A stretch of 64,000 bases of DNA from Rhizodiscina lignyota (lineage: Eukaryota). Position 1 is the first letter of the stretch. Each line of letters opens with the position of its first letter. Shown piece after piece: positions 48,933 through 61,173 of the stretch. Below the pieces are notes generated by a model. It worked only from the letters and a program-made list of their open reading frames with translations. It was not told the origin of the DNA and searched no databases. The position numbers and the translations under genes were made by a program. Location: the NCBI GenBank assembly GCA_010015805.1, contig ML978132.1, forward strand, positions 496,001 to 560,000, given 5' to 3'.

Positions 48933-50569
48933 CTACTCTTCCTTGAAATACAACTCACACTTCAGAGCCCTCGGTACAGCCGCTAGGCTTCCCAGCTGGT
49001 ACATACTATCGTCACTACAACTCTCCCCCAGCTCCGTTGAGCACGCTCGATACATACTCCCGACCAGCAGCCGTAGCTCCATCATCGCAAGGTTCTGCCC
49101 AATACAGATACGCGCCCCGTGCCCGAACGGCACGAAACTGTACTCCATGGCCTTCATCTCTTCGGCCGAAGCGTTGATCCAGCGCTCCGGACACCAGGAG
49201 AATGCATCTGAGAACGCGGAGGGGTTCTGGTGGACCACGAGGTTGGGCCCGATGATAGTGGTTCCGGCTGGGACGAACACGCCAGAGTAAGTCCGGCCTC
49301 CGGAGGAGACAATGCGCTCACCACGTCCGGAAGCGGCGGGGTGGAGGCGTAGAGTTTCGCGGATGACGGCGTTGAGGACAGGGAGGGCTTCGAGGTCTGC
49401 GAGAGAGAGGTCGTTCGTGTCGGAGACTGGCAAGGCACGGAGCTCATGCTGTAGTCGGCGCTGCCATTCTGGATGCCGAGAGAGACGCCAGGTTAGATAG
49501 GTGAGCGTCGAGGCAGTCGTTTGCTGTCCCGCTTTCAAGTGGTCATACATCTCGCTCGCCATGTAGTTACGGCTCATCGGTTTCCCGTCTGCGTCGGGCT
49601 TCGCGTAGCGCATAGTCCGGTACAGACTGTAAAACTCATCGTGGTGTGGGTCACTGTCGTGCTTTCGCATGATAGTCTCGATATGCCGCTTCACGTCCCC
49701 GCCGGCTTCTCCTGTTCGTTCATACTCTGGGCCCAGCATGCGGTTGAGCAGCCAACTCCCATGCAGACGCGGGAAGTTCACCCATATGGGCGTGTAAATC
49801 TGGGAGCGCTTCAAATTCACCACGAGAGGTCTATCGTTGCGGTCCTCGATCGCATTGGTGCCGTGCTTCTCCCCGTAGAGAAACCTCGTCATGACATCGT
49901 GCGAGAAGCAGTCGAATAGGATAAACACGTCCACCAATCCGTTTGGCGCTTCTTTGAACTGCTTCAGCAGTGCGGCAATGCGCTCGCGGACCAGCGCTTC
50001 GGCGTTTAGGACGACTCGGCTCTTCGTATAGTCGTGCGCGATCTTGCGCTTCTTGGCCTGGTGCTCGACGTATTTTTCTGTGCTAAAGAGGTTGTCTTCG
50101 CCGTAGAGAGCGAAGCGCTTAAAGTACTTCGTCTTATCGTATTTTGACTTGGTGTCGTAGACTTCGCGGAAATCTGCAGGATCGGCGACGGTGACTTCGT
50201 TTGGGCGGATGCGGACGACTTGTTGAGACGTGAGCAACGTAACTGATAGTAAGAGAGGAGAGATAACGCTTCACCTGGACCATATTTCCTATGCCATTCG
50301 CCAATCTTTTCGTTCCGCTTAAGCTTGAGATCGAAATAGGTTAGGTAGTACCATGACAGTCCTGCGAGTTTTGGTCCGGGAATCTGTGCTGAACGTCCGA
50401 AGAAGAGCGGTTCTAGCAGCAACGTGTATATCAATAAGACTGCACCAAAGACAAGCGCAGCAGCAAGTGATGGCGGTACGACAAGCAGCCCGGATTCATG
50501 TGACACATAGTTATGAATATGAGGCAGATAAAAGAAGTCAAAGACAGTGGAAGAATTTTCTGAAGCCAT
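48933..50569 (-). CDS. Cytochrome P450 monooxygenase
   Basis: N-terminal TM anchor, IPGP, HRKYGP|VVRIRPNEV (one intron), I-helix AGQQTT, ETLR (ExxR), PERW, heme motif FGHGARICIG. Confidence 0.96.
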
Positions 50570-51180
50570 TAGATAGGTATCACCTCAGTACTGTAGACCC
50601 ACTGCGATATGAAAGGAAATGGAACAAACACCTAGCTTCAGCAGAGTTGATGATGCAGAGACTTCCAATACCACGATGACATAACCTACGCTGCCTTATC
50701 TCGAGGATTTCCTCCCCGTCTACCAGGGCTGCAAGATACGGAGGTGTTGGAGTCTCTCTTGCTCTTTTCGGTTGTCGCGGCATAACCAGCATTGTCCAAT
50801 GAACGTAGCTGGTCTCTCGTAGAGGCGAAATGGTGGTGCAACCTTTCTCTTACCTCGAGAACGGCTCACCAATTATTCATACAATTCAGAGGAAGGGGTT
50901 ATAGCAGTTTCATTTTCAATTTATTGAAGTATCGTATCACAGAAAGCCGCCTTTTGCCTAGGCCGCTTGAAGAAGTGCTCTAGTAAGCTATGGCTGGCCT
51001 TCCAACTCATAGCGCCTTGCATGCCTGCCGTCCAATATTCGAGACCCGCGGACGCCTTGCAATGCATTGGATATATCGCTCAAATACCATGTAACCAGCG
51101 CAAAACCCGTACCATTTCATCTTGGCCAATATCGCCGAAACTCCTAAACGAAAAAGTAAGTAGTAACGGAACTGTTTGGT

Positions 51181-53062
51181 TTAGCGACGGTATACGTCCC
51201 TATCTCTGTCTCGCATCCTGTCTGCAGGCAGTCGCTCCACACCCGGACTTCTGCTTCTCGCACGGTGTGGAGGTGCATCACGATCTCGGTACGTTGGCCT
51301 CCTTCCACGGTCGCGATCGTCTCTGTCGTAGCGATCGCGTTGTGGCTCGTCGAAGTCTCGATCTCTGGACCTCCTTCCGCCCTCGGAGTAACTAGGGATG
51401 TACGTGTCCACCCGAGAATCGCCACCGCCGCTGCTTCCTCCTCCTCCTCCTCCTCCTCCTCCTCCTCCGCCTCCGCCTCCTCCTCCGCTGCCGCCGCCGC
51501 CGTGTCCGCGATGTGGTGGTCGCGGAAGCGGATGTCTGGATCCCTCAGGTGGAGGTGGAGGCAGACCGTGTCCACCACGTGGCTCACGAGAATCATTATG
51601 TTGCCATCCAGGTCCATCCCGACGATGAGGTGGAGGGCCACGTTGATCGTAGCCACTGTGTGGCGCACGTCCAGGATATCCCTGCCCACCTCTTGGTGGT
51701 CCATTCAGTCCCGGTGGACCTCTATCTTGCGACCAGCCTGACTGTCCATGTCCGCCAGGGCGATAGTGCCTATCGCCTCGATCGCCGTTTGCCCATGGGG
51801 GTCCAGTTGGAGGTCCCGATCCGGTCCAATCGCTATTGGGACCCATACCGACAGTTCCACCGGCAGGTGCTGGAGGTAGTGCTGCATTCTGTCCGCGCGC
51901 ATTGCGTCGATCGAGTTCGTGAGAGTCAGGGAATAGCGGAATATCTTCTGGCCGCGCGGGTTTAGGGTCCATTTGGAAGTAAGGATGCTCGAGAGCGTCG
52001 ATCGCGTTGATGCGTTTGCGCCAGTCCAGTGTGAGCAAAGACCGTAGCAGTGAGATTGCAGATGAGCCTTGCTCACGAAAGACTTGTTCAAGATTTCCGA
52101 CGCTAGGCTTCCAGGCTTTCACTTCCTCATAGCCAGAGAGCTCTCTCCATCCTGGCATGCTCTCGTCGGTAGGCGAACCAACAAGCTCGAAGATGATGAG
52201 GGCCTGATTGAGATCGCTGTTGCCTGTGAGAATTGGCTTTCGTTTGAACATCTCGCCAAAGACGCAACCTGCACCCCACATGTCGATGGCTGTCGTATAG
52301 CGGCGGAGGTGCAATAGAAGTTCAGGAGGCCTATACCAGCGAGTTACGACGAGGGTCGTATACTCACGCATTCCTTCACCTCCACCTTTTCCACGCTGCG
52401 GCACAGGCTCATCGTAATGCCTTGCAAGACCGAAGTCGGCAATTTGAAGAATACCACGATTGCTGATCAGGAGATTCGCGGCTTTCATGTCCCGGTGAAG
52501 AATGTGGCTGTTGTGCAAATACTTTAGCCCTTGGAGGAGCTGAAGCATATAGCACTTTATCTGAGGTTCGGTAAAGGTGACATCTGGATTGTCGAGGAGA
52601 CCAGAGAGATCATGTTCCATGTACGGCGTCACCATGTAGAGAATGGCACGCTTCCTTTCTTTCGTGTGACTCCGTTCGATGGCCATTTCTTCGAGTTGTA
52701 GAATGTTGACATGAGACAACATTTTGAGGAGTTTGATTTCGCGAAGTGCAGTGATTGGAAACTGTTTTAAGGTCAACATTGTTCGCATACGGCGGTTCTC
52801 GAGGAGTTGTACGTACCCCTTCCTTCTCATTGTGCATGAGGATCTTTTTTAACGCGAAAATCTTTGCAGTCTTAAGCGACTTCGCTTTATGGACTTCACT
52901 AGAACCAGAGTTAGTATTTCCCCAAGAACTTCAGAGCTTGCGAACATACCCAAAGGTACCTTCTCCCAGTTTCTCTATTATATGATAGCCGCCGATGCCT
53001 GAGCAGCCTTTGAATTGCCGATTCAATGGCACCGGGGGAGTGGAGGATGCCGCCTGCGCCAT
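51181..53062 (-). CDS. BUR1: CDK9-family kinase Bur1/Sgv1
   Basis: MAQAA...[67 protein letters not shown]; Gly/Arg/Asp-rich tail. Two 5' introns. Confidence 0.95.
51436..51503. repeat. (CCT/CCG)n trinucleotide repeat encoding poly-Gly in BUR1
   Basis: Run of CCT then CCG/CCT triplets; translates as [27 protein letters not shown] on the minus strand. Confidence 0.9.
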
Positions 53063-53515
53063 TTTGGGCGCTATCTATTTGGTCTCGCAATGCTTGCCGG
53101 GCAGGAAGAGGCAGGACGATGGAGTGACGCGATGTTTGGTGAGAAAGCTGCGCGCAAACGCTTGATGCGCGACATGAAGGCAGAAATTGAACGTTATAGT
53201 GTCGGTCCGGGATAACTCGACGGGCCAACTCGGTCAGGACGTCATTGCTGTTTATCCAAGTGATGACGACGAGGTTGTTTCTTTTGGCAAGGGAGGCAGA
53301 TGTGAAGCCATTGTTCCGCACAGCATAAATCGAGGGCGGCGCGTCGACTTTGCCGAAGTTTTGCCGAAGACCGATGGCCTCCGTCCTTCGAACCTCAGTC
53401 GTCCGATGTCCTCTTCCTGCGCATCCAAATAGACCGAGAAATCTTCAATTGAGTCGTGAGTTCATATACGATATTGCCCTCCTTCTAGCAAACTGCTCAC
53501 AGATGACAGTTCGCA

Positions 53516-53756
53516 ATGGCAGGCGGCGCAGCGAAGCCAGGCGCTCATCCCGTCACACCAGCTCACATCGCACACGGTGCCAAGTTCTACCATCGATTCT
53601 TCGCTGTCGGACTCGGAGCAAGCATGTGGTTCTTCGTACGATTATTTTGCTCCCAATGCGAGTTTCCTTCCATGCTGATGATCGACGCAGTTGATGTACA
53701 GAGCAAAGAAGGACGGCGCCGCATTCCTTGGCTTAAAGCACCCATGGGACCATTGA
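53516..53756 (+). CDS. NADH:ubiquinone oxidoreductase accessory subunit, NDUFB2 (AGGG)-like
   Basis: MAGG...FYHRFFAVGLGASMWFF|LMYRAKKDGAAFLGLKHPWDH* with intron 53636-53690. Confidence 0.85.
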
Positions 53757-54158
53757 GGACGAAACCGAAGAGAAAAGCGAAGCCTGCGTCTGCACTGTAT
53801 ATATATTTGCATAGAGGGCTATGAGTTAGACAAAACGGCAGTTTGGAGGATGGCAACGGGAGCAGGCTACACTGCGGATTGCTCTGGCCTTAAGAAGCGT
53901 GGGATGCGTTTGGACAATGCTGTACATACCCGCAACAGCAATGGGAGGTGCTTAAGGGCCAGTTACTCATGAATATGCATGGAATGGGAGCATTCCCAAC
54001 AACTTCCGTCGATCGCCAGAATGCCAATTGCATCAGTGGAACATCAAAGACAACCATGTGCGCACATAAAGTCAAGTATCGTGCCGAGCAGTGAACTCGG
54101 ATCACATCTATTTATTTACTTCTCTGTTTGTGCTTGCACTCTCTCTTTTAGTCCCGAA

Positions 54159-54829
54159 TTAGCTACTGACAACCTGCCCGTTCTTCTCATCACAAGGACC
54201 TTCATGCAGTACCTTATGCGGCGGAATGCTCTTCATTCCACCACTGAACGGAATCTGGATCAAATTCGACTCCTCATCGGACGGATACGTCGTATTATGT
54301 CCTGTTCCAACACTGTCCACCGCAAAGAACAGCCCATTCGTGCCGCCGCCAATCGCCCAGAGCGTCTCAGATCCGTGGGGGAGCGTGACCTGTGCGAGGC
54401 CAGAGAGGATCATGACGATCCTAGTGGTGACATCAGCGCATCGTTGTTCTCGCACAACAAAATCAATCTTAAGATGCTACAGAAAAGAACATACTGTGGA
54501 GCCGGTGAATTGTGGACGCCGCCTGCGAACCTGGGGGGAATATGCGTATACGTTAAGTTCGCTAGGTCGAAGAACGTAAAGGTCTCCGCACCCACTGTAC
54601 CAGCGCCTGCGGATACATTGAGGGGAGCCTTGAACTCCCAGCATTGGAAGGCGGAGTTATTTTCAGAGTTCGTGTAGATGGCAGAGGCAACCAGATAATC
54701 GGTCGCACTATTTGACTGACGCGGTGACAAAGCTCGTAGGGCGGAGAAGCTGGATGGATTGGCACAAGCAATGGCACTCCATATGAGAGTGATGGAAAGA
54801 AGACAGGATATCGAACGAGACCTGATCAT
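54159..54829 (-). CDS. Small secreted cupin-like protein
   Basis: Signal peptide MIRSRSISCLLSITLIWSAIACA; SAFQCW; GVHNSPAPQ|IVMILSGLAQVTLP (intron 54494-54421); FFAVDSVGTGHNT. Confidence 0.8.
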
Positions 54830-56019
54830 GATGTCAACAAATGCTGGAACGCAAAGGAGCGCCACATAAATTGTAAGTTGTGATGGAAGAGGACGAGAGT
54901 CACGAATATGCAGAAAATTCGGAAGTGATATGCCTAATCGCGCCCATGGCACGACATGGTCGTAAGCAGGAACCGCTTCCCATATCCATGCACTCTCTTG
55001 GCGGATATAAGGAAGCAAACCATGACGCTAATTTCAAAGGTCCCATGGAATCTTGACTTGTCAGGTACGAGACGAGTTATAATGCCGAATGGCAAGGAAC
55101 GCGATCACTGAATGAACAGTGCATCTTTCCTTTGTGACCATTTGAAATTGCGTCAACGCTACGGAGTAGTTGGACCGTTGATACTGGCATTCCTGAAGGG
55201 CTTCCAACCTCCTCAAATAGGTATCAAAAGACAAATGGAACCATCGTGGAGTCTTCTCCAATCTATGCTCGAAGAAACCCTCCAACGTTCGTACATATGT
55301 CGACATTATCAGTACACCATTCACAACGATCTTTACGAGGATCCTTGCATGACTAACCCCCAAACATCACTCTCTTACCCTATCTACACCCCATCCCACT
55401 CCGGGGCCCACTCGGAGAGTTGACGAGTGTCATTGTCTTGGAAGATGTATAAGCACTAAATTCCAACTCGGAGGTCTTTTAGAAAAAGGACAATGCCGAT
55501 CTGGCGCGTATTCGCGCTCTCGCTCTGCGGATACCCGAAGTCGCGCGAGTGATGTCTCTCCTGACATCGCCGTGGTGAAAATTTCTATCGCCCTCCTGTT
55601 TCAATCAAATACGCTCGATCCGCTCGATCCGCTCACGAACCGCAAACTTAACGGGCATTCTGTCTCAGAGGGAACTATGTATCTAGCCCTCTCGGAACAC
55701 ATTTGCTCTACCCTTACACAGTCGAGCTAAATCCGTTCTGCTTATGAGCACATGACAGGACATGGGTGTGCAATGGCCCAAAGAGAAGTGGCTCGTTTGC
55801 AAATTCCCGGCTTCACAAGGCGCATTGCGATGAGTTTGAGAGAATTAGTGTCTCTGCAACTGCTTGTACACTTGAACAGTTGCCTGAGAGAGAAGCCTCG
55901 CTGAGGAATCTGATGTCTCGGAACTTCCCGGTCTGCAGAGCAACGACCAATATCCTCAGCACTTTATCGCAAGTATCAATGTGTATCATGGTTGCATATA
56001 TTCCCTTTAACTATGAGAC

Positions 56020-57560
56020 GCCATTCTTCCATCGTAACATCAACCGTTTCCGAGCTTCGCTTTAAGGTCGAAGCGGCTTCTTCTTCAGCCAAATTTAATA
56101 TCTGCGCAGGCTTACTTTCATGTCATGTTTCCTTTCTTCTATTACCAAAGCCATAGCTGTATAGCTATGTCTGGATGTAGTGAATTCCCTTGAATTTCGT
56201 CTTTCCCACGGATATCGAGTTTCTCTTTGACTGGATACACTCGATTAGCTCCTCTTCTACGCGTGGAGGTTGAGCTTTTATTTGATTATATACAGGAGCT
56301 CAACTTGCAATCTGTAGAATAGATCGAGCTTTGCTTGCACCTCGAGGTACCCTTCTTCTATCGGTGACACGATGGCTCGACAGGTTCACCTCGACATGCG
56401 AATGGCCCTCTTATACCGAATTCCAGTATTTGGCCAGCACCGTCTATCTTCCACACTTCGATTCTTCCATCTAAAGTGCAGACAAGCGCGCAGGCTCTCG
56501 TCAACACTAAGTTGACCTTCTTCTGCGACAATGCCGTATTTGAAGAGCTTGAATTAGACGTGGAAAGAAGGCTCTTTCGTCCAAAGCGCAAGCATGCGCG
56601 GAGCCTCTCGCCGACTCCAAGCTTCTCTTCTTCCGTGGCAATTACCACATTCCAGAAGCTTCAATTGCACGTGGAAAGAAGGCTCGTCTACTTGAAATCC
56701 AATGCTGGTTGAGCTTCCATTCAAATTTCCTTGGTCATTCTTATATCCAAAGTGCATGTGCTGCGCCAGCGCTATGCCAATGCCGAGTCTCCCTTCTTCC
56801 AAAGCAATTCCCACATTCATCCAGTTTCGCTTTGATCTAGAAAGAAGCCTCTTCTGCACAAGATGTAGCATTTTGGCAGCTTCATTAGCAGTCCAGACGA
56901 ACATTCTTGTGCCCCGTGTGCACGTGATCCGGGGGCATTACGTCAATGACGAGTTTCGTCTCTTCTCTCCCAATTGCAAACCCCGAATAGCTTCATTTCC
57001 ATTCCAAGTGGTCATTCTTCTTTCCCTTGGACACGTACTCACCCAGCATGCCCTCAACGCCAAGTGTCCCTTCTTCTATTGCTTTTGCAACGTCTGTATA
57101 GCTTCAATTGCATGTGAAGACACTACTCTTCCGTGAAAGATAAGGCCTTTGTACAGCTTGTATCAAGTTTGCGGCGATCTTTCTTCTTTCCCAGGTGCTG
57201 GTATTCCTGCTAACGTCCTCACCCCTAAGTCCCCCTTCTTTCGTCCTATTTGCAACAGCTGTGTAGCTTCAATTGAATGTAGCGATATCTCAGTCCGAAG
57301 AAAGATACAGCATTTGTGCAGCCTGTACCAGGTTTGTGGCAACCGTTCTGTTGTCCTGAGTGCAGGTATATACTCAGCGGAGCCTCACTACCAACTCCCC
57401 CTTCTTCTATCGCATTTGCAGTGCCTGTACAGCTTCAACTGGACGTTGAGAAACCGCTAGTCGACGAAGGATACAGCGATTATACAGCCTGTATCAAGTT
57501 TGTTGCAACCTTCCTTCTATGCAATTTACAATGCCTTTCAAGATTCAATGCAGTTAATGT
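56020..57560. repeat. Cryptic degenerate tandem array, ~55-bp unit, ~28 units, with a 165-166-bp higher-order repeat
   Basis: An NAGCTT-like anchor recurs every 54-56 bp from 56052 to 57540, typically followed ~25-30 bp later by a CTTCTTC-like tract. Three-unit blocks at ~57068, ~57233 and ~57399 align visibly. Confidence 0.8.
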
Positions 57561-57701
57561 CACGATCAATCAGTCACAGCATGAACAAGTGTACAAGCAA
57601 CGTTTCGTTTCATTGCTAAGAATATTTTGCCTTACTGCGATGGAGTAAGAAGCCAAGACGCACCTAATCGGTGCAGAAGAAGAAGCACACTGCTCTGCTG
57701 T

Positions 57702-60700
57702 CTAGAAGCCAAGCTGCTTGGCCAACTGCTTCTCCCTCTGCACCAACTGGTGCATCTTGGACTTCTTCTCCATCGCAGTCCGGAACCTCCTCCTCAGCCC
57801 CTCCTCCCCCTCCTTGCTGAGTTGCCCACGTACGCACGCCATTTCAAGCGTGCTGTACGCGGGCAACTCACCCGCCTCCTCCGCCTCCTTCAGCGCCTCC
57901 TCCGCGCGCCTGCTGTATGCCAACAGCCAGGCCACGCAACACTCATCTGGCCCTAGGCCGGGGGGTGCCGCCGCCGTCGGAGCCACCGCCTTCTGCTTCT
58001 TGAACAGAAGCCGCTCCATCCACGTGCGTGTGGACTCCGCGACGGTAACACCACCCCGGGCCCACTCTTCCAAATACTTCTCCGTGTACCACCCGTGGTA
58101 CACGGCACCCAGCTCCGTCGTCATGCTGTGCATCAGCACAGCCTTGTGCAGGATGCCGCCCGCACCGCTCATGACCCACAAGAAGTAGGTGTCTAGCAGG
58201 GACTTCAAGTCCCCATACACCGTCTGGTGCGCAGACTGGTGTTCCATTACCAACTTCTTGGCAGTCATGAGCGGTGGGAGGACGTCCTCCAGCCCCGAGG
58301 CAAGTACGGCCTGCGCTTCCTCACGGAAGGCGCGGTGGATGTCGCCGATCCTTGCGGCCAGGCCGTCAATGCTCCGCACCGTCTTGCCGGTGCTCGGCGT
58401 GGGAGGGTAGACGGCCGACGAGGCCGAAGCGATCGTGTACTTGTCGGGGCTCTGCAGGCTCGAACTGCGGGGAGGGAAGGCGGCATCCTGCTGGCTGGCT
58501 GTGCGGCCCTGATCAGCGGCGCGGCGCTCGGCGAGAAGAGACAGAGCGGACGACGGCAGCCCAGTGAGAGCGAACGTCTCGTACTCGGAAGCCGCTTGAT
58601 GGGATTCGAACCCAAGCTGTCCTGCTGTGTACTTCTTGACATCATCCTCGGGTATCTGGATGTTCAAGTCAGGCATGTCGCGGCGCCGCCGCAAAGGGGA
58701 AGCTGTCGGGGGCTTCTTCTCGACTTCAGTCGGTTCCTGTGAGTAGACACTCGAGGCTGGGCGCGCGGGCCCGACAGTCTTGTTCCACTGACTGGAGCTC
58801 TGGGCGACATCGGCCGGAGATTGTGCCCTTTCTTTGCCTCTGCGCTTCTTGACTGGGCTGGGGCTATCATACAAGCTGTCATCATCATTATAAGCCTTGT
58901 AGAAGCTCGGCGACACGGAGCTAATGCTACCAACATCTTCAAGCTCATCACGAGGTGCAGTGCCGGTGACCGATGGAGTAACTCTCTCCTTTCCTTTGCC
59001 CTTGTAGTTTGCGCTCTCGGAGCCGGCGGGACCTGCGGAGTAGCTTGGGGTAAGAGACTGGATGCTTCCAGTGTCGCTTAGTGCATCGTCGTTCAGGTCG
59101 GGAACGGTTGGGCTGTCGTCGCGCCCTTCGAGGGCTGCCAAGGCGGCATCACGAGTCTCACCTCTGGGAGAGGATGAAACTGTAGCGATGGGACCGTAGA
59201 GGGCGGCGAGTGTATTCTCGGCAGCAAACTTCGTGACTGTTGCCTGTGATGTCTCTTGTCTTCCGCTGCGGCCTTCAAGTTCTGCGAGACTCTTGTCGAA
59301 TGGCGACGGGAGCGGCGGCGTGCTCGATGCGTCCGGAGCAAATGGATCTTCACCTCGTACGTCCAAAGCCCACCTGACGGTCTTTTTCGAAGACGCGGAG
59401 CTCTGAGTGCCTGCGCGGCTACGTGCGAAGGACGATTCGGATTTTGGTGTTGCAGCTCCAGTGGCCTCGCTTTGTGAAGGCTTGTTAGAGCTTGTGAATG
59501 AGCTCTTGCTGATCGCTGGTGGGAAAGATGACTCCGACTTTGGTGTTGCTGCTCCACTGGCCTCGCTTTGTGAAAGTTTGTCATAGCTTGTGAGCGAAGT
59601 CTGGCTGATCTCGGCTGACAGACGTTGAGCCTTCTCTGCTGCGCCCTGGTGAATCTTATCACCCTCTTGCTCTTCGACCTTCCTCTTGGCTCCCAAGTTT
59701 GGTGTGTCCTTCTCACGCTCTAGCTGTTTCTTTGTCGAGATTAAGCTTGTGTCAGGGCCCTCATCATCTGCCTCGATGATCCTGCTGACTCTCTCGTCGA
59801 AATAGCCAGACTTGTCGGATTCGGAACGCTTGACTGGAAGACGCGAGGGTCTCTCTCCCGTGGACTTGGGCAAGCTCGAACTGCGCGGCGAGATTGACAT
59901 CTCCTGGAGACCTTCGATGGTCTTATGCGTGTCGACCTTTGGGCGTGGAGACAGCATGGCAGGTGACTTCTCAAGGACTGGCGACCGCGTCGCGTCTGGG
60001 TCTGGCGTCGAGACCTTCTCGAAGAAGTTGCTGATCTTCTTCATGATGGGGAACTTTGGTGTTGTGGCGGGTGAGTTGGCCTCTTTCACTCGGCGAAGCT
60101 CTTCAGGAGATGGCGGGTTAGGAAGGAATGGACCTGAACTATTCAGAAATTCGGCGAGGTCGAGCTCTTCTCTGCGTGTTCTTTGGTTGGAGAACTCGTC
60201 TGCGTGGCTGGATGAAGCGGAAGCTGGAGGGTTTTGGTCTGCTTGTGCAGAGCTGGGGATGTTCAGTCGGGCAGGACGTGGAACCAAGCGCGGAGTTTTG
60301 GGTGTGTTCAGACGTGAAGAGCTCTGAGAAGAGCCTGGTAGAGGCGTGACCTGTTGACTTCCATCGCGACTAGCAAGATCGACACGGCTTGGGGTGATGA
60401 TCTTTGGAGTGGTTGGAGTGTTCTCCTGTGATGCCAGCTTGTGAGCCTCACTGATGGCAGAGAGGTCGACGTGCCTTGGTGTCGCGGGCTTCGGTGGGTC
60501 CGACATGTTCAACTGCGAGACGCTTGCAGCACCGATGCCGTAGAGAGCGAAAGGGTCGGTGTTTTGCAGCACTGGTTCGCTTGGAGTGTTCAGGGAGAGT
60601 GTGCTTTTGCTCTGGGGCAGCTTCCAGAAGCTTGGACTCTTGGGAAGTTTCGAGGAGCTTGGACTCTTCTGAACCGCTGAGCTTGGTGGCTTCAGACGCG

Positions 60701-61173
60701 ACGAATTTGCAGACGTGTTCTCTGGAGACTTGTGCTCCGCAGATGTGTGCGCTTTAGAGACGGGCACCGGAATCTTGGACGCCTTCTGTGGAAGTGTGCT
60801 GTCTGTAGATGTGTTGACCGGGAAAGTAGACGCGTGCTGTGGAATTGTGTGCGCTGTAGATATGTCGGCCAGAGACGCAGACGGGTGCTGTGGAGCCGTG
60901 TATCCCACACGCTGGGTGGCGCTTGACGAGCGGTGACGGGAGGTAAGTGTTGGTGTAGAGAAGTTTCTCGCACCGTAGATAGAACTCAGTAGTGCTGGTG
61001 CTAAGTTGTTTGAGTTTCCGCGCTCACGCACAGGAGGTGCGTCGGGCTGATGAGGCGGTCCTGATTGATAGCGAGGTAACACCGTGTTTCAATAAGATTC
61101 GCGTAGCTCAAGCACTCTTACCAGCATCCTGGAGGTTCTGCTTGCTCTTTTTGTGCGGGAGTTTGTTGGACAT
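57702..61173 (-). CDS. Large Ser/Pro/Thr-rich, mostly disordered hypothetical protein with a helical C-terminal domain
   Basis: 1126-codon ORF. Probable first exon MSNKLPHKKSKQNLQDA-G (ATG 61173, intron ~61121-61061). Internal duplication SQSEA(S/T)GAATPKSESSF. Confidence 0.75.

Noticed and set aside
3058..50569. Secondary-metabolite gene cluster (GMC, esterase, GNAT, cupredoxin, SDR, P450)
   Set aside because: No PKS, NRPS, terpene synthase or RiPP precursor is seen, and the tailoring-type genes are scattered among housekeeping genes.
51265..51965. Plus-strand poly-Ser/poly-Pro ORFs
   Set aside because: Antisense shadows of the BUR1 poly-Gly repeat.
55611..55636. Short CGCTCGATC tandem (and TCGCTATGCA x2 near 62947)
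   Set aside because: Two to three copies of 9-10-mers are consistent with ordinary replication slippage.
56020..57560. CRISPR array
   Set aside because: Eukaryotic context, no cas genes, no invariant 25-40-bp repeat, and the intervening sequences are themselves related to each other.
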